A stretch of DNA of 64,000 bases, from the NCBI GenBank assembly GCA_965250285.1, contig OZ252299.1:4960001-5024000 (forward strand), read 5' to 3'. Positions 50,698 to 60,052 of the stretch are shown in pieces. Made by a program: the position numbers and the translations under genes. Source of the DNA: Myxococcota bacterium. Lineage in GTDB: Bacteria > Myxococcota_A > UBA9160 > UBA4427. The notes under the pieces were generated by a model. It was not told where the DNA came from. It worked only from the letters and a program-made list of their open reading frames with translations, and did no database searches. Position 1 is the first letter of the stretch. Each line of letters starts with the position of its first letter.

Positions 50698-50825
50698 TCC
50701 GAATGATTCGACTCGCGTCGGCCTCGCGGCCCATGTCTCCGAAATGATTCGAATCGCGTCGGCCCCGCGGCCCATGCCTCCGAAATGACTCGACTCGCGT
50801 CGGCCTCGCGGCCCATGCCTCCGAA
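50698..50825. repeat. 40-41 bp tandem repeat, about 3.2 copies
   Basis: TCCGAAATGA(T/C)TCGA(C/A)TCGCGTCGGCC(T/C)CGCGGCCCATG(C/T)C units starting at 50698, 50738 and 50779; no spacers. Confidence 0.9.
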
Positions 50826-50889
50826 TTGGCGCCTGGCTTTCGTTGATGCCCTCGGGGCCATCCGTTAGCTTTCGAACGCGGGTCGTTCC

Positions 50890-52089
50890 ATGACAGATCA
50901 TCGGTCTCTGCGCTCCACGAAGCGAGCGCGGGCCGGTCGTGCATCGAGCAAGGGGCCGAGGCGCCTCGACCTCGACGACGCGACTTCGCGGATGCGCTTG
51001 GGGGGCACCACGGAGCGGGCAACGACGGAGGCGGGCGCGGCGAACACGTCGGCCGCAGATGCGGGTGGACCGGTCCGGTCCGCCTCGGCACCCGTACGCG
51101 TGATCGCGATCGGCGGTGGCAAGGGCGGCGTCGGCAAGACGTTCGTGTCGGCCAACCTCGTGTTCACCCTCGCCCGCATGGGGCAGCGCGTCGTCGCGGT
51201 CGATGCCGATCTCGAGGGCGCCAACCTCCATACGTGTCTCGGTGTCGGGACGCCGGACGTGTCGCTGGCCGACTTCGTCGCGCAGCGACAGGACGACATC
51301 TCGAAGCTGCTCGTGCAGACGCCCGAGCCGGGGCTTCGCCTGCTCGCCGGCACCCACGCGCACCTCGGTGATGCGCAGCCCAGTCATCTGCGGCGCGTGC
51401 GTCTGATGCGCGAGCTCAGGCAGCTGCCCGACACCGACGCGGTGGTGATCGACCTCGGGGCGGGCATGCACAGCTCGGTCCTCGACTACTTCCTGACCGC
51501 AGACGATGGGTTGCTCGTGCTGCAGCCCGAGCCGACCTCGGTCGAGAACGCGTACTCGTTTCTGCGCGCCGCCTTCTACCGCCGGCTGCGTCTCGCGATG
51601 GTCGGACACGGCGTGCGCAAGCTCGTGACCGAAGCCATGGATCAGCGCAACGAGAGCGGGCTCCGCACCCCGAACGACCTGCTGCGCGAGATCGAGCGAC
51701 GCGACCCGGGTGAAGGGCGCCGCTTCGTCGAGACGATGAAGTCGTTCCGCCCGCGCCTGATCGTGAATGAGGTGCGGACCGCCGAGGACGTCAAGCTCGG
51801 CTTCTCGGTCGCCGGCGTGTGCCGCCGCTACTTCGGCATCGAGGCGGACTACCTCGGCTACGTGAACCACGACGAGGCGGCGCGACGTTCGGTCGTCGCG
51901 CGCAAGCCCGTCGTCGATTTCCAGTCGAGCAGCGATGCCGCCATCTATCTACAGCGGATCGCGCGCAAGCTCGTCTCCGATTCGGCGGCCGCCGATGCAC
52001 CGCCGCCGCCAAAACCGAAGACGAACCTCCTCGGCGCCCCGCCGAATCCGACCACCGAGGCGTCGACCAGGCCGCCCGAAGAGGAGTGA
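50890..52089 (+). CDS. MinD/FlhG(FleN)-family P-loop ATPase
   Basis: GGGKGGVGKT deviant Walker A, VDADLEGANLH, IDLGAG, PEPTS.ENAY, LIVN. Start uncertain (50890 or 50992). Confidence 0.9.
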   Translation: MTDHRSLRSTKRARAGRASSKGPRRLDLDDATSRMRLGGTTERATTEAGAANTSAADAGGPVRSASAPVRVIAIGGGKGGVGKTFVSANLVFTLARMGQRVVAVDADLEGANLHTCLGVGTPDVSLADFVAQRQDDISKLLVQTPEPGLRLLAGTHAHLGDAQPSHLRRVRLMRELRQLPDTDAVVIDLGAGMHSSVLDYFLTADDGLLVLQPEPTSVENAYSFLRAAFYRRLRLAMVGHGVRKLVTEAMDQRNESGLRTPNDLLREIERRDPGEGRRFVETMKSFRPRLIVNEVRTAEDVKLGFSVAGVCRRYFGIEADYLGYVNHDEAARRSVVARKPVVDFQSSSDAAIYLQRIARKLVSDSAAADAPPPPKPKTNLLGAPPNPTTEASTRPPEEE

Positions 52090-52152
52090 CCGAGTGCCCC
52101 GTTCGGTCTCTCGACGAACGATCAACCAAGCCCCCGCTGGATCGCCGCACGC

Positions 52153-52833
52153 ATGAAGTCGCTGCAGGATCAGAACCACTACGAGGTGCTCGACGTTCCG
52201 CGTCAGGCTGACGCGGCGCAGATCGAGCGCGCCTATCGGCTCGCGACCGCGACGTACACCGATCGCTCGCTCGCCTGCTACTCGATCTACGATGAACGCG
52301 AAGTCGAGTCGCTGCGCGATCGGATCGAGACGGCATTTCAGGTGCTCGGCAACGACGACGCCCGGGCCGCCTACGATCGTGCCATCGGCGGGAGCGGAGC
52401 CGCGCCGCAGCCGGCCCGCGAGGCTCGGCCGATCGAAGTCGATCCCGGCGCCAGCTGGCGCGAGGTGCCGCTTGCCGCCGGAGGCGCCGAGACCGAGCTG
52501 CCGGCAGCGAGTGAGGCGTTCCGCGAGCTCGAATCGGACGTCGAAGACGAGAGCGGCGAGTTCGATGGCGCGACCCTGCGCCGGGCGCGACTGCGCCGGG
52601 GCATCGAGCTCGATCAGATCTCCGATGTGACCAAGGTCAGCATCAAGAATCTGCGCCTGATCGAGGACGAGGTCTTCGAAGATCTGCCGGCGACGGTGTA
52701 CGTGCGCGGCTTCCTGAAGGCCTACGCGAGTACGATCGGTCTCGATCCCCAGCGTGTCGCGACGAGCTACATCGAGCGCTTCGAACAGGCGCGCGCCCAG
52801 CAGGGGCGGCCGCGATTTCTCGGCCGCGGCTGA
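52153..52833 (+). CDS. J-domain-like plus RodZ-type XRE HTH protein
   Basis: NHYEVLDV..A..QIERAY and AFQVL...RAAYD (J-like, no HPD); LRRARLRRG..L..IE..F..LP..YVRGFLKAYA..IGLD (HTH_25-like). Confidence 0.85.
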   Translation: MKSLQDQNHYEVLDVPRQADAAQIERAYRLATATYTDRSLACYSIYDEREVESLRDRIETAFQVLGNDDARAAYDRAIGGSGAAPQPAREARPIEVDPGASWREVPLAAGGAETELPAASEAFRELESDVEDESGEFDGATLRRARLRRGIELDQISDVTKVSIKNLRLIEDEVFEDLPATVYVRGFLKAYASTIGLDPQRVATSYIERFEQARAQQGRPRFLGRG

Positions 52834-52956
52834 CCCGGCAGCGCCTCCCGAGCATTTGCGAACGTGTTCGCCGCGCGGATGGGCCGGCCCCAACGCCTCG
52901 CCGCGTCTATGCTTTTCGCTTCGGCCCCCACCATGCCCCGGCCGACGGGAGCGCCC

Positions 52957-53967
52957 ATGGCACCCGCTGACGATCTCGAGCTCGGCGCGTTCGTGCAGCT
53001 CGATGACCCCGCCGAGCCGCCGATCGAGCGCTTCGTCGTCGATGAGGAGCGGGCCGAGCAGCGCCTCGACCAGGCGATCTCGGAGCTGACCGGCGCGTCG
53101 CGCAGCCAGGTCGGTCGCTGGATCCGCGAGGGTCGGGTGCAGATCGAAGAGGCCGTGGTCACGCGTCCCGCCCGCAAGGTCCACATGGGTGAGCGCCTCG
53201 AGCTCAGCCGGCCGCGCCCCCAGGTCTGGTCGGTCGAGGCCGAGGCGATCCCCCTCGACGTCGTTTTCGAGGATGGCCACCTGATCGTCGTCGACAAAGC
53301 GGCGGGCATGGTCGTGCACCCCGCCCCGGGGCACCGCAGCGGCACCCTCGTGAATGCGCTGCTCCATCACTGCGACGATCTCGCCGGCATCGGCGGGGCG
53401 CTGCGTCCGGGCATCGTGCATCGACTCGACCAGGGCACCACCGGCATCCTCGTGGTCGCGAAGGACGACGCGACCCATCAGGGCCTGGCCGCGCAGTTCG
53501 AAGACCACTCGATCGATCGCCTGTACCGCGCGATCGTGCGCGGCACACCGAAGGCGAACGAAGGGCGCGTCGATCGCGCGATCGGGCGCCACCCGACCGA
53601 CCGAAAACGCATGTCGGTGCGGGCGCGCTCCGGGCGCGCAGCCATCACGAACTGGTCGGTCGAGGAGCGCTTCGCGGGCTCGAATCACGCGCTGCTGGCC
53701 GTGCGCCCCGAGACGGGTCGGACGCACCAGATTCGGGTGCACCTCGCGTCGGTCGGCCTGCCGCTCGCCGGTGATCGCGTCTACGGACGCGCCCGAGCGA
53801 GCAAGGCGAGCGGGCTGCCGCCGCTCGACCGCCCGGCGCTGCATGCGGCTCGCCTCGGCTTCACCCACCCCGCCACCGGAGAGCGGCTTGCGTTCGAGTC
53901 GCCGCTGCCGAGCGACCTCGAGGTCATGCTCGCCGCGCTACGAGATCGGGAGCAATCGCGATCATGA
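52957..53967 (+). CDS. rluD: 23S rRNA pseudouridine synthase, RluD type
   Basis: S4 domain (RLDQ..SRS), VDKAAGMVVHP, RPGIVHRLD, TGRTHQIRVH, LHA; upstream of pgeF. Confidence 0.92.
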   Translation: MAPADDLELGAFVQLDDPAEPPIERFVVDEERAEQRLDQAISELTGASRSQVGRWIREGRVQIEEAVVTRPARKVHMGERLELSRPRPQVWSVEAEAIPLDVVFEDGHLIVVDKAAGMVVHPAPGHRSGTLVNALLHHCDDLAGIGGALRPGIVHRLDQGTTGILVVAKDDATHQGLAAQFEDHSIDRLYRAIVRGTPKANEGRVDRAIGRHPTDRKRMSVRARSGRAAITNWSVEERFAGSNHALLAVRPETGRTHQIRVHLASVGLPLAGDRVYGRARASKASGLPPLDRPALHAARLGFTHPATGERLAFESPLPSDLEVMLAALRDREQSRS

Positions 53968-54641
53968 ACCCGATCGAGCACGGACTTCTAGGCGAGCTCG
54001 GGGTCGAGCATGGCTTCGGCGTGCGAGGCTGGCTCGGCCCCGCGGGGCTTGTTCGCCCCGTGCAGGTGCACGGTGTCGCCGTCGCGCATCCTGACGCAGC
54101 GGGCGAGCTGGTTCCGAAAGAGGCCGATGCCGTGCTCTCGCCGGCGGGCGGACCGCCGGTCGCGGTCGTGACGGCCGACTGCGTCCCGGTGCTCGTCGCG
54201 GCGCCCCGCGGTGCGGCGGTCGGAGCAATTCATGCGGGCTGGCGGGGACTTGCGGCCGGCGTCATCGGTGAGGCACTCGCCGAGTGGCGGCGCCGATTCG
54301 GCGCCCTGGACGGGGTCGTGGCCGCGATTGGCCCCCATGCCCGAGCCTGCTGCTACGAGGTCGATGCCCCGGTGCGCGACGCGTACGCGCACGTCGACGC
54401 CCGCCTGCACGCCCGGGCCTTCTCGCCGTCGCGCCCCGGCCACTGGATGGCCGATCTCGCGGCGCTGGCGCGTGCCGCGCTGTGCGAGGGCGGCCTCGAT
54501 CCGGCGCGAGTCGGCGAGGTCGACGGCGCGTGCACGATCTGCGACGCGGCCCGCTTCGAGTCGTTCCGCCGGGACGGCGCCGCGGCCGGGCGACTCGTGC
54601 ACGCAGTGCGGCCCGCGGTGGCGCCCGTCGGTCCAGCTTGA
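53964..54641 (+). CDS. pgeF: purine nucleoside phosphorylase / peptidoglycan editing factor (YfiH/PgeF)
   Basis: QVHG, TADCVPVL, HAGWRG, IGP..CCYEV, CTIC, SFRR. Confidence 0.92.
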   Translation: MNPIEHGLLGELGVEHGFGVRGWLGPAGLVRPVQVHGVAVAHPDAAGELVPKEADAVLSPAGGPPVAVVTADCVPVLVAAPRGAAVGAIHAGWRGLAAGVIGEALAEWRRRFGALDGVVAAIGPHARACCYEVDAPVRDAYAHVDARLHARAFSPSRPGHWMADLAALARAALCEGGLDPARVGEVDGACTICDAARFESFRRDGAAAGRLVHAVRPAVAPVGPA

Positions 54642-54666
54642 CAGCCGTTCGGCCCCTGCCTACGGT
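54638..54666 (+). promoter_or_regulatory. sigma70 promoter, probably for rho
   Basis: TTGACA-N17-TACGGT; the -35 box overlaps the pgeF stop codon. Confidence 0.65.
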
Positions 54667-55524
54667 TTCAGAGATCGTGGGCCCCAGGGCCACCATCATC
54701 CTCCTTCACACGTCGATGTACCGAAGCCGCCGCGGCTCGATCGAGCCCGGGGGAGCCCCGAAGAGGCGACGGGCGTTCGGTGCGAGGCAAGACGGCGCGG
54801 AAGGTGGGCTCGAGTCGCGCCACTCGAGGTCGATCGTCCCGATGAAATGAGAGCGGGTCCGAAACGGGACCCGGGCCCGTCGACGCAGACCACCGCCGGC
54901 GGCCAGAAACAAGCGACAGACGACACACGGCAGATCCAAGACGGACGCGAGACCCAGGCGAATCACCTCATCGAGCAATCTCGTTCAACTTTTCGGGGCG
55001 AGTGACCGAAACGGGAAACCGAAGCGGTCCAGAACGGCGGAATCAGACGGGCGTGCGATCGACCGCACCCCTCGAATCACCGCCTCCCCGACGACGCGCA
55101 CCGGCGCAAGACCGGTCGCAAGGCGGGTCCAACAGGGACGAGCCGAACGGAGCAGGGCCTGACCCCCGTTCGGGATGCACACCCCGAGCCGCCATCGCGG
55201 CGCCGCCTCCCGAGGCGCGCGGCCCGAATTCGGCTCGAGGGATCACAGCGATCGACGCGATGTATGGCGTAGCGAACGCGCAGCTTCTCCCCACCCAACC
55301 CCCCAGCAGAGCATCGACACTTTCTTCCGCGGCACGACCGCGGTCCTACCCGGGCAAACCGCCCATTCGTGACTCGAGCATCAGCCAGACCTGGAAACAC
55401 ACTCCAGCCGGAAACGACGCACAGAGCTGACCAGACCGTCACCCCCCATCCCACCCGACCGGGCCCAGGGCCCTTCCCAAAACCACCGCCGGACCCGATC
55501 CGGACCACGAAAGCGAGAAACCAG

Positions 55525-56976
55525 TTGGCCGAGCGCAATGAATCGAGCTCCAACGACAACAAGGACAAGCCGAGCCGCAGCCGGCGGGGCCGGGGGCGGC
55601 GCAGCCGCTCGGGCGGCGGCCGCGGGCGCGGCGGGCACGACGGTTCGCCGAAGCGCGACTACCTGCCGTCGGACGCCGAGCTGGCCGAAGACGAGGCCGC
55701 GCTGACGAACGACGACGGCGCCGAGAAGGTCTACGTCAAGGAGCTCAAAGAGAAGACGATGCAGGAGCTCACCGAGCTCGCTGAGGAGATCGGCGTCGAG
55801 AACGCGGGTGGCCTCCGCAAGCAGGATCTGCTCTTCGCCGTCTTGAAGGCCCAGACCGAGCAGAAGGTGAAGATCTTTGCCGAGGGCGTCGTCGAGATCC
55901 TGCAGGACGGCTTCGGCTTCCTGCGCGCCCCCGATCAGAACTACCTCGCGGGCCCCGACGACATCTACGTGTCGCCTTCGCAGATTCGCCGCTTCAACCT
56001 TCGAACGGGTGACACGGTCGAAGGTCAGGTGCGACCGCCGAAGGAGGGCGAGCGCTACTTCGCGCTCCTCAAGGTCGAGAGCATCAACTTCGAGAAGCCC
56101 GAGAAGGCGAAGCACAAGATCCTGTTCGACAACCTGACGCCCCTGTATCCCCAGGAGAAGTTCGCCCTGGAATGCAAGGAAGGCGGGCTGACGACACGGA
56201 TCATCGATCTCATCGCCCCGATCGGAAAGGGACAGCGCGCGCTGATCACTTCGCCGCCGAAGGCCGGTAAGACGATGGTCATCAAGGACATCGCCAACGC
56301 CATCGCGTCGAACAACCCCGAGGCCTACCTCATCGTGCTGCTCATCGACGAGCGGCCCGAAGAAGTGACCGACATGCGCCGCACCGTGAAGGCCGAGGTC
56401 ATCTCTTCGACCTTCGACGAGCCGGCCACCCGCCACGTGCAGGTCGCCGACATGGTGATCGCCAAGGCCAAGCGTCTGGTCGAACACGGCCGCGACGTCG
56501 TGATCCTGCTCGACTCGATCACTCGCCTCGCGCGCGCCCACAACACGGTCGTGCCGCACTCGGGCAAGATCCTGTCGGGCGGTGTCGACTCGAACGCCCT
56601 GCACAAGCCGAAGCGCTTCTTCGGTTCGGCGCGCAACGTCGAAGAGGGCGGCAGCCTGACGATCGTCGGCACCGCGCTGATCGACACCGGATCGCGCATG
56701 GACGAGGTCATCTTCGAAGAGTTCAAGGGCACCGGTAACAGCGAGATCGTGCTCGATCGCAAGCTGGCCGACCGGCGCACGTTCCCTGCCATCGACATCA
56801 ATCGGTCGGCGACGCGGCGTGAAGAGCTCCTCATGGACGAGAACACCCTCAACCGCATGTACATCCTGCGCAAGGTGCTCGCCCCGCTCTCGCCGGTCGA
56901 CTCGATGGAGTTCCTGCTCGGCAAGATCAAGGCGACCGAGGACAACGCCGAGTTCCTCGAGTCCATGAACTCGTAG
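55525..56976 (+). CDS. rho: transcription termination factor Rho with Arg/Gly-rich N-terminal extension
   Basis: [55 protein letters not shown]. Start TTG 55525 chosen; in-frame GTG at 55369 is possible. Confidence 0.96.
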   Translation: MAERNESSSNDNKDKPSRSRRGRGRRSRSGGGRGRGGHDGSPKRDYLPSDAELAEDEAALTNDDGAEKVYVKELKEKTMQELTELAEEIGVENAGGLRKQDLLFAVLKAQTEQKVKIFAEGVVEILQDGFGFLRAPDQNYLAGPDDIYVSPSQIRRFNLRTGDTVEGQVRPPKEGERYFALLKVESINFEKPEKAKHKILFDNLTPLYPQEKFALECKEGGLTTRIIDLIAPIGKGQRALITSPPKAGKTMVIKDIANAIASNNPEAYLIVLLIDERPEEVTDMRRTVKAEVISSTFDEPATRHVQVADMVIAKAKRLVEHGRDVVILLDSITRLARAHNTVVPHSGKILSGGVDSNALHKPKRFFGSARNVEEGGSLTIVGTALIDTGSRMDEVIFEEFKGTGNSEIVLDRKLADRRTFPAIDINRSATRREELLMDENTLNRMYILRKVLAPLSPVDSMEFLLGKIKATEDNAEFLESMNS

Positions 56977-57293
56977 CGTTCGGGCGCCGACCGGCGCGAC
57001 CGGCTCTCGGGTGAGCTCAGCGTGGCCGTGCCCGGCGTGCGCGTGCCGTCGGCCTGCGCGCGAGCGCCTTGATCTAGCGGGAGATCCGAACGCGGGGGAT
57101 CGTCCGACGCGGCGGTGACGCTCTCCGCGTCCCATTCAGACGCGCTTCGGCGGGTTTCGGGACCCTTTCGCGTGCGAGCGGCACCTATTGCCTAGGTGCG
57201 CTGCGCGCGTGGCCTGCCGGGACCGATCTACGAGCAGGTCGGTCGGGTCGGTGACGCGCCAGGATCTGCGCGTCGGGGCGGTGGAGGTCGATC

Positions 57294-58970
57294 TTGGGTC
57301 GGAAGCACGTTTGGATCGGACTCGTCCTCGTGCTGGGCGTCGCCCTAGTGTGGTTCGCCTCGACCGCGTCGCGACCGTCCGACCGCGTTTCGCCTGCAGC
57401 GGCCGCGCAGCAGACCGCAGCGACTCATCCCGACGCCCCTCACGACGAGACGCCCCACGCCCGCGACTTGGGTGGCACCGGTTCGCGCGCAGCGGATGCG
57501 GCGTCTGGCCGATCCGAAGCGGCGAACGCCGACGCACCTCCCGCCGAGCACAAGCCCGCCGACTCGCTCGACGACGCCGATTGGCCCGTGGTCGAACGCC
57601 GCATCACCGCGGCGGTTGCGTTTGCCCGTGATGTGAAGGGCGTCCACGTATCCCCCGAGCTCCTCGACCGACTGCAAGAGGGCGGTGACGTCGATGTGAC
57701 CATCGAGCTCGCGTCGGGCTTCCACTCGGTCGACGACTCGCTCGCTGGCACGCGGCATGACGCGCCCTTCTATCTCAAGCACGTCCCGTTCACCCAGGTG
57801 CGGGTCGGCCCGCAAGCGCTCGAGAACCTGCTGCGCTCGTCTCGAACGGGCTCGGTTTCGGTGAGCCTGTGGGCGGCGCCCTCGCTCGCCGAGACGATCC
57901 CGCTCGTCGGCGCCGACGTGGCGCACGATTGGGACGCAGAGGGCGAGGGGCTCACGGTCGTGGTAGTCGATACCGGCGTCGAGACGGATCACCCGTTCTT
58001 CGCGGGTCGCATCGTCGACGGCCACTGCTTCTCGTCGGGTGCCCTGTGTCCCGGTGGCAGCACGATCGCCACTGATTCGATCGCGGCCGGCGATGCGTGC
58101 GAGTCGCCCACGTACGACTGTGAGCACGGCACCGGGGTCGCCGGCGCCGCGGTCGGCGCCGCCGGTTCGCGCGTGGGCGTCGCGCCTGCCGCGTCGTTGA
58201 TCTCGATCATGGCCGCGTCGCCCCTCGACGAAGGCAACGAGCTCGGCTTCACCTCGACCGATCTGGTGCGCGCGCTCGAGCAGGTCTACGACCAGCGCAA
58301 CGAGTACGCGATCGCTTCGGTCAACCTGAGCCTCGGCACCGACCCGGTGCCGAACGCGGCCTGCCAGGATCTCCAGCCGAGCTTCAACGCGGTGCTGGCC
58401 CTGCTGCGCGATGCCGAGATCGCGGTGGTCGCTGCGGCGGGCAACGAAGGCGAGAGCGAGGACGGCAAGCGCAATCTGAGCTGGCCTGCGTGCGTCGACG
58501 GCGTCGTCAGCGTCGGCGCAACGACCAAGGACGACGAGGTCGTCGGGTTCAGCAACTCGTCGAGTCGCCTCGACCTGCTCGCGCCCGGCGTCGGCGTTCG
58601 CACGTCGAACGTTGGCGGCGGCTATGCGTCGGTGAGCGGCACGTCGATCGCCGCCCCGCACGTCGCGGGCGCCTTCGCGACGATTCGCAGCGTGTACCCC
58701 GACGAGCAGGCCGATCGCATCCTGCTCGCGCTTCGAATCAGCGGGCAGTCCCTGCGCGACGACGCCAACGGCGTCACGGCGTCGCGGATCGACGTCGCCG
58801 CCGCGATCGTGCTGATCGAAGATGGCGATCTGCGCTGGGACCACGAGAAGGTGTACGACGAGGTCTTCGACGGGCCTTCGAAGTGTGGGTTGATCGGGGT
58901 CGAGATGCTGCTGCCGATCGCCGCGCTGTCGCTGGCGCGAATGCGACGGGCGAGGCGCTCGGCGCGCTAG
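57294..58970 (+). CDS. S8 subtilisin-like serine protease, exported, with C-terminal membrane anchor
   Basis: Catalytic triad VVDTG, EHGT and SGTSIAAPHVAG; AAAGN oxyanion motif; N-terminal TM/signal; GGAGG RBS. Confidence 0.92.
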   Translation: MGRKHVWIGLVLVLGVALVWFASTASRPSDRVSPAAAAQQTAATHPDAPHDETPHARDLGGTGSRAADAASGRSEAANADAPPAEHKPADSLDDADWPVVERRITAAVAFARDVKGVHVSPELLDRLQEGGDVDVTIELASGFHSVDDSLAGTRHDAPFYLKHVPFTQVRVGPQALENLLRSSRTGSVSVSLWAAPSLAETIPLVGADVAHDWDAEGEGLTVVVVDTGVETDHPFFAGRIVDGHCFSSGALCPGGSTIATDSIAAGDACESPTYDCEHGTGVAGAAVGAAGSRVGVAPAASLISIMAASPLDEGNELGFTSTDLVRALEQVYDQRNEYAIASVNLSLGTDPVPNAACQDLQPSFNAVLALLRDAEIAVVAAAGNEGESEDGKRNLSWPACVDGVVSVGATTKDDEVVGFSNSSSRLDLLAPGVGVRTSNVGGGYASVSGTSIAAPHVAGAFATIRSVYPDEQADRILLALRISGQSLRDDANGVTASRIDVAAAIVLIEDGDLRWDHEKVYDEVFDGPSKCGLIGVEMLLPIAALSLARMRRARRSAR

Positions 58971-58974
58971 CCCA

Positions 58975-59266
58975 CTCGATTGCAGGACAGACTTGGGTGC
59001 CAGGGCCGGGGCGGATGGGGGGCGCCGTGCTCGGACATTTTCGGGCGCAGGGGCTTGGTTGCTCGGAGCGAGGGTGACGGGCGCCCTGCGAACTGCGCGC
59101 GGCACCCCCCATCCGCCCCGCTCGGTTGCAGGACAGACTTGGGTGCCAGGGCCGGGGCGGATGGGGGGCGCCGTGCTCGGACATTCTCGGGCGCAGGGGC
59201 TTGGTTGCTCGGAGCGAGGGTGACGGGCGCCCTGCGAACTGCGCGCGGCACCCCCCATCCGCCCCG
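58975..59266. repeat. two tandem 146-bp near-identical elements with long internal inverted repeats (MITE/REPIN-like)
   Basis: Copies at 58975-59120 and 59121-59266, two differences seen; arms CGGGGCGGATGGGGGGCGCCG and CGGCACCCCCCATCCGCCCCG. Confidence 0.9.
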
Positions 59267-59339
59267 GCCTCGGGCGGGCTCGTTGGTTCGCTTGGTCGGG
59301 TTGGGGGTGCCCGTTCGCGCGAAGGTGACTGGGTGGGGG

Positions 59340-59981
59340 TTAGAAGACGAAGTAGATGCCGGCGGAGGCGTCGCCGGTGAAGAGGATCTTGCCGTCGTCC
59401 GACTGGATGCACGGCTCGCCGCCTTGTGAGCAGAAGATGTCGGTGCCGTCGGGCATTGCGGTCGACAGCACGCGCCCTTGCATGCGCAGGCCGACGTGGC
59501 GCCCGAGCGGGATCTTCACGCCCCCGTGGACCCCGACGGTGAAGAACCACTGGGCCTGGGCGGTCTGGCGATCGGGCTGGTAGCCGGTGGCACCGACGCT
59601 CAGCCCGACGACGGGGTAGAGCCACGGGCGAAGCTCGGTGTCGGCCTCGAGGCCGGCCTGCACGAGATGCACGAACACCGGCACCTGGGTGTCGGGGCGC
59701 GTATCCGAGCGCACCTGAAGCGGCGAGCGCTGGAACTGGTAACTGACGAAGAAGACCTGGGCCATGTCGGGCCGCGGACGCAGGCCGAACATGCCGCCCA
59801 CGGTCCAGCCGGGCTCGAACTCGGCCGACACGCCTTCGGTCGGCAGATCGCGGCGGAATGCGGCGCCCCCGAGCAGCGTGATCTCGAACTCGGGATCGAA
59901 CTCGGCTCGGGCGGGGGCGGCCGTGCCGAGCGCGAAGATTCCCACGCAAGCGACCGAGGCGACGAGGATCCAACACCGCAT
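59340..59981 (-). CDS. outer-membrane beta-barrel protein
   Basis: Signal peptide ending PARA; alternating beta strands; terminal AGIYFVF beta-signal. Confidence 0.8.
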   Translation of the reverse strand: MRCWILVASVACVGIFALGTAAPARAEFDPEFEITLLGGAAFRRDLPTEGVSAEFEPGWTVGGMFGLRPRPDMAQVFFVSYQFQRSPLQVRSDTRPDTQVPVFVHLVQAGLEADTELRPWLYPVVGLSVGATGYQPDRQTAQAQWFFTVGVHGGVKIPLGRHVGLRMQGRVLSTAMPDGTDIFCSQGGEPCIQSDDGKILFTGDASAGIYFVF

Positions 59982-60052
59982 CGCGGCATGATACCGGGAT
60001 TGGGGGCGGGCATGGTCGAAGTTCCCCGCACCCTTCGGCATGATGGGGCCCC

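Noticed and set aside
50698..50825. 41-bp repeats as a CRISPR array
   Set aside because: Units are contiguous with no unique spacers, and there are no cas genes in the window.
55002..55430. 142-aa ORF in the rho leader
   Set aside because: Low-complexity P/R/A sequence, weak codon bias, no motif; not called, though translation is not excluded.
58975..59266. 146-bp repeats as CRISPR or an autonomous IS
   Set aside because: Too long, no spacers, no transposase ORF.
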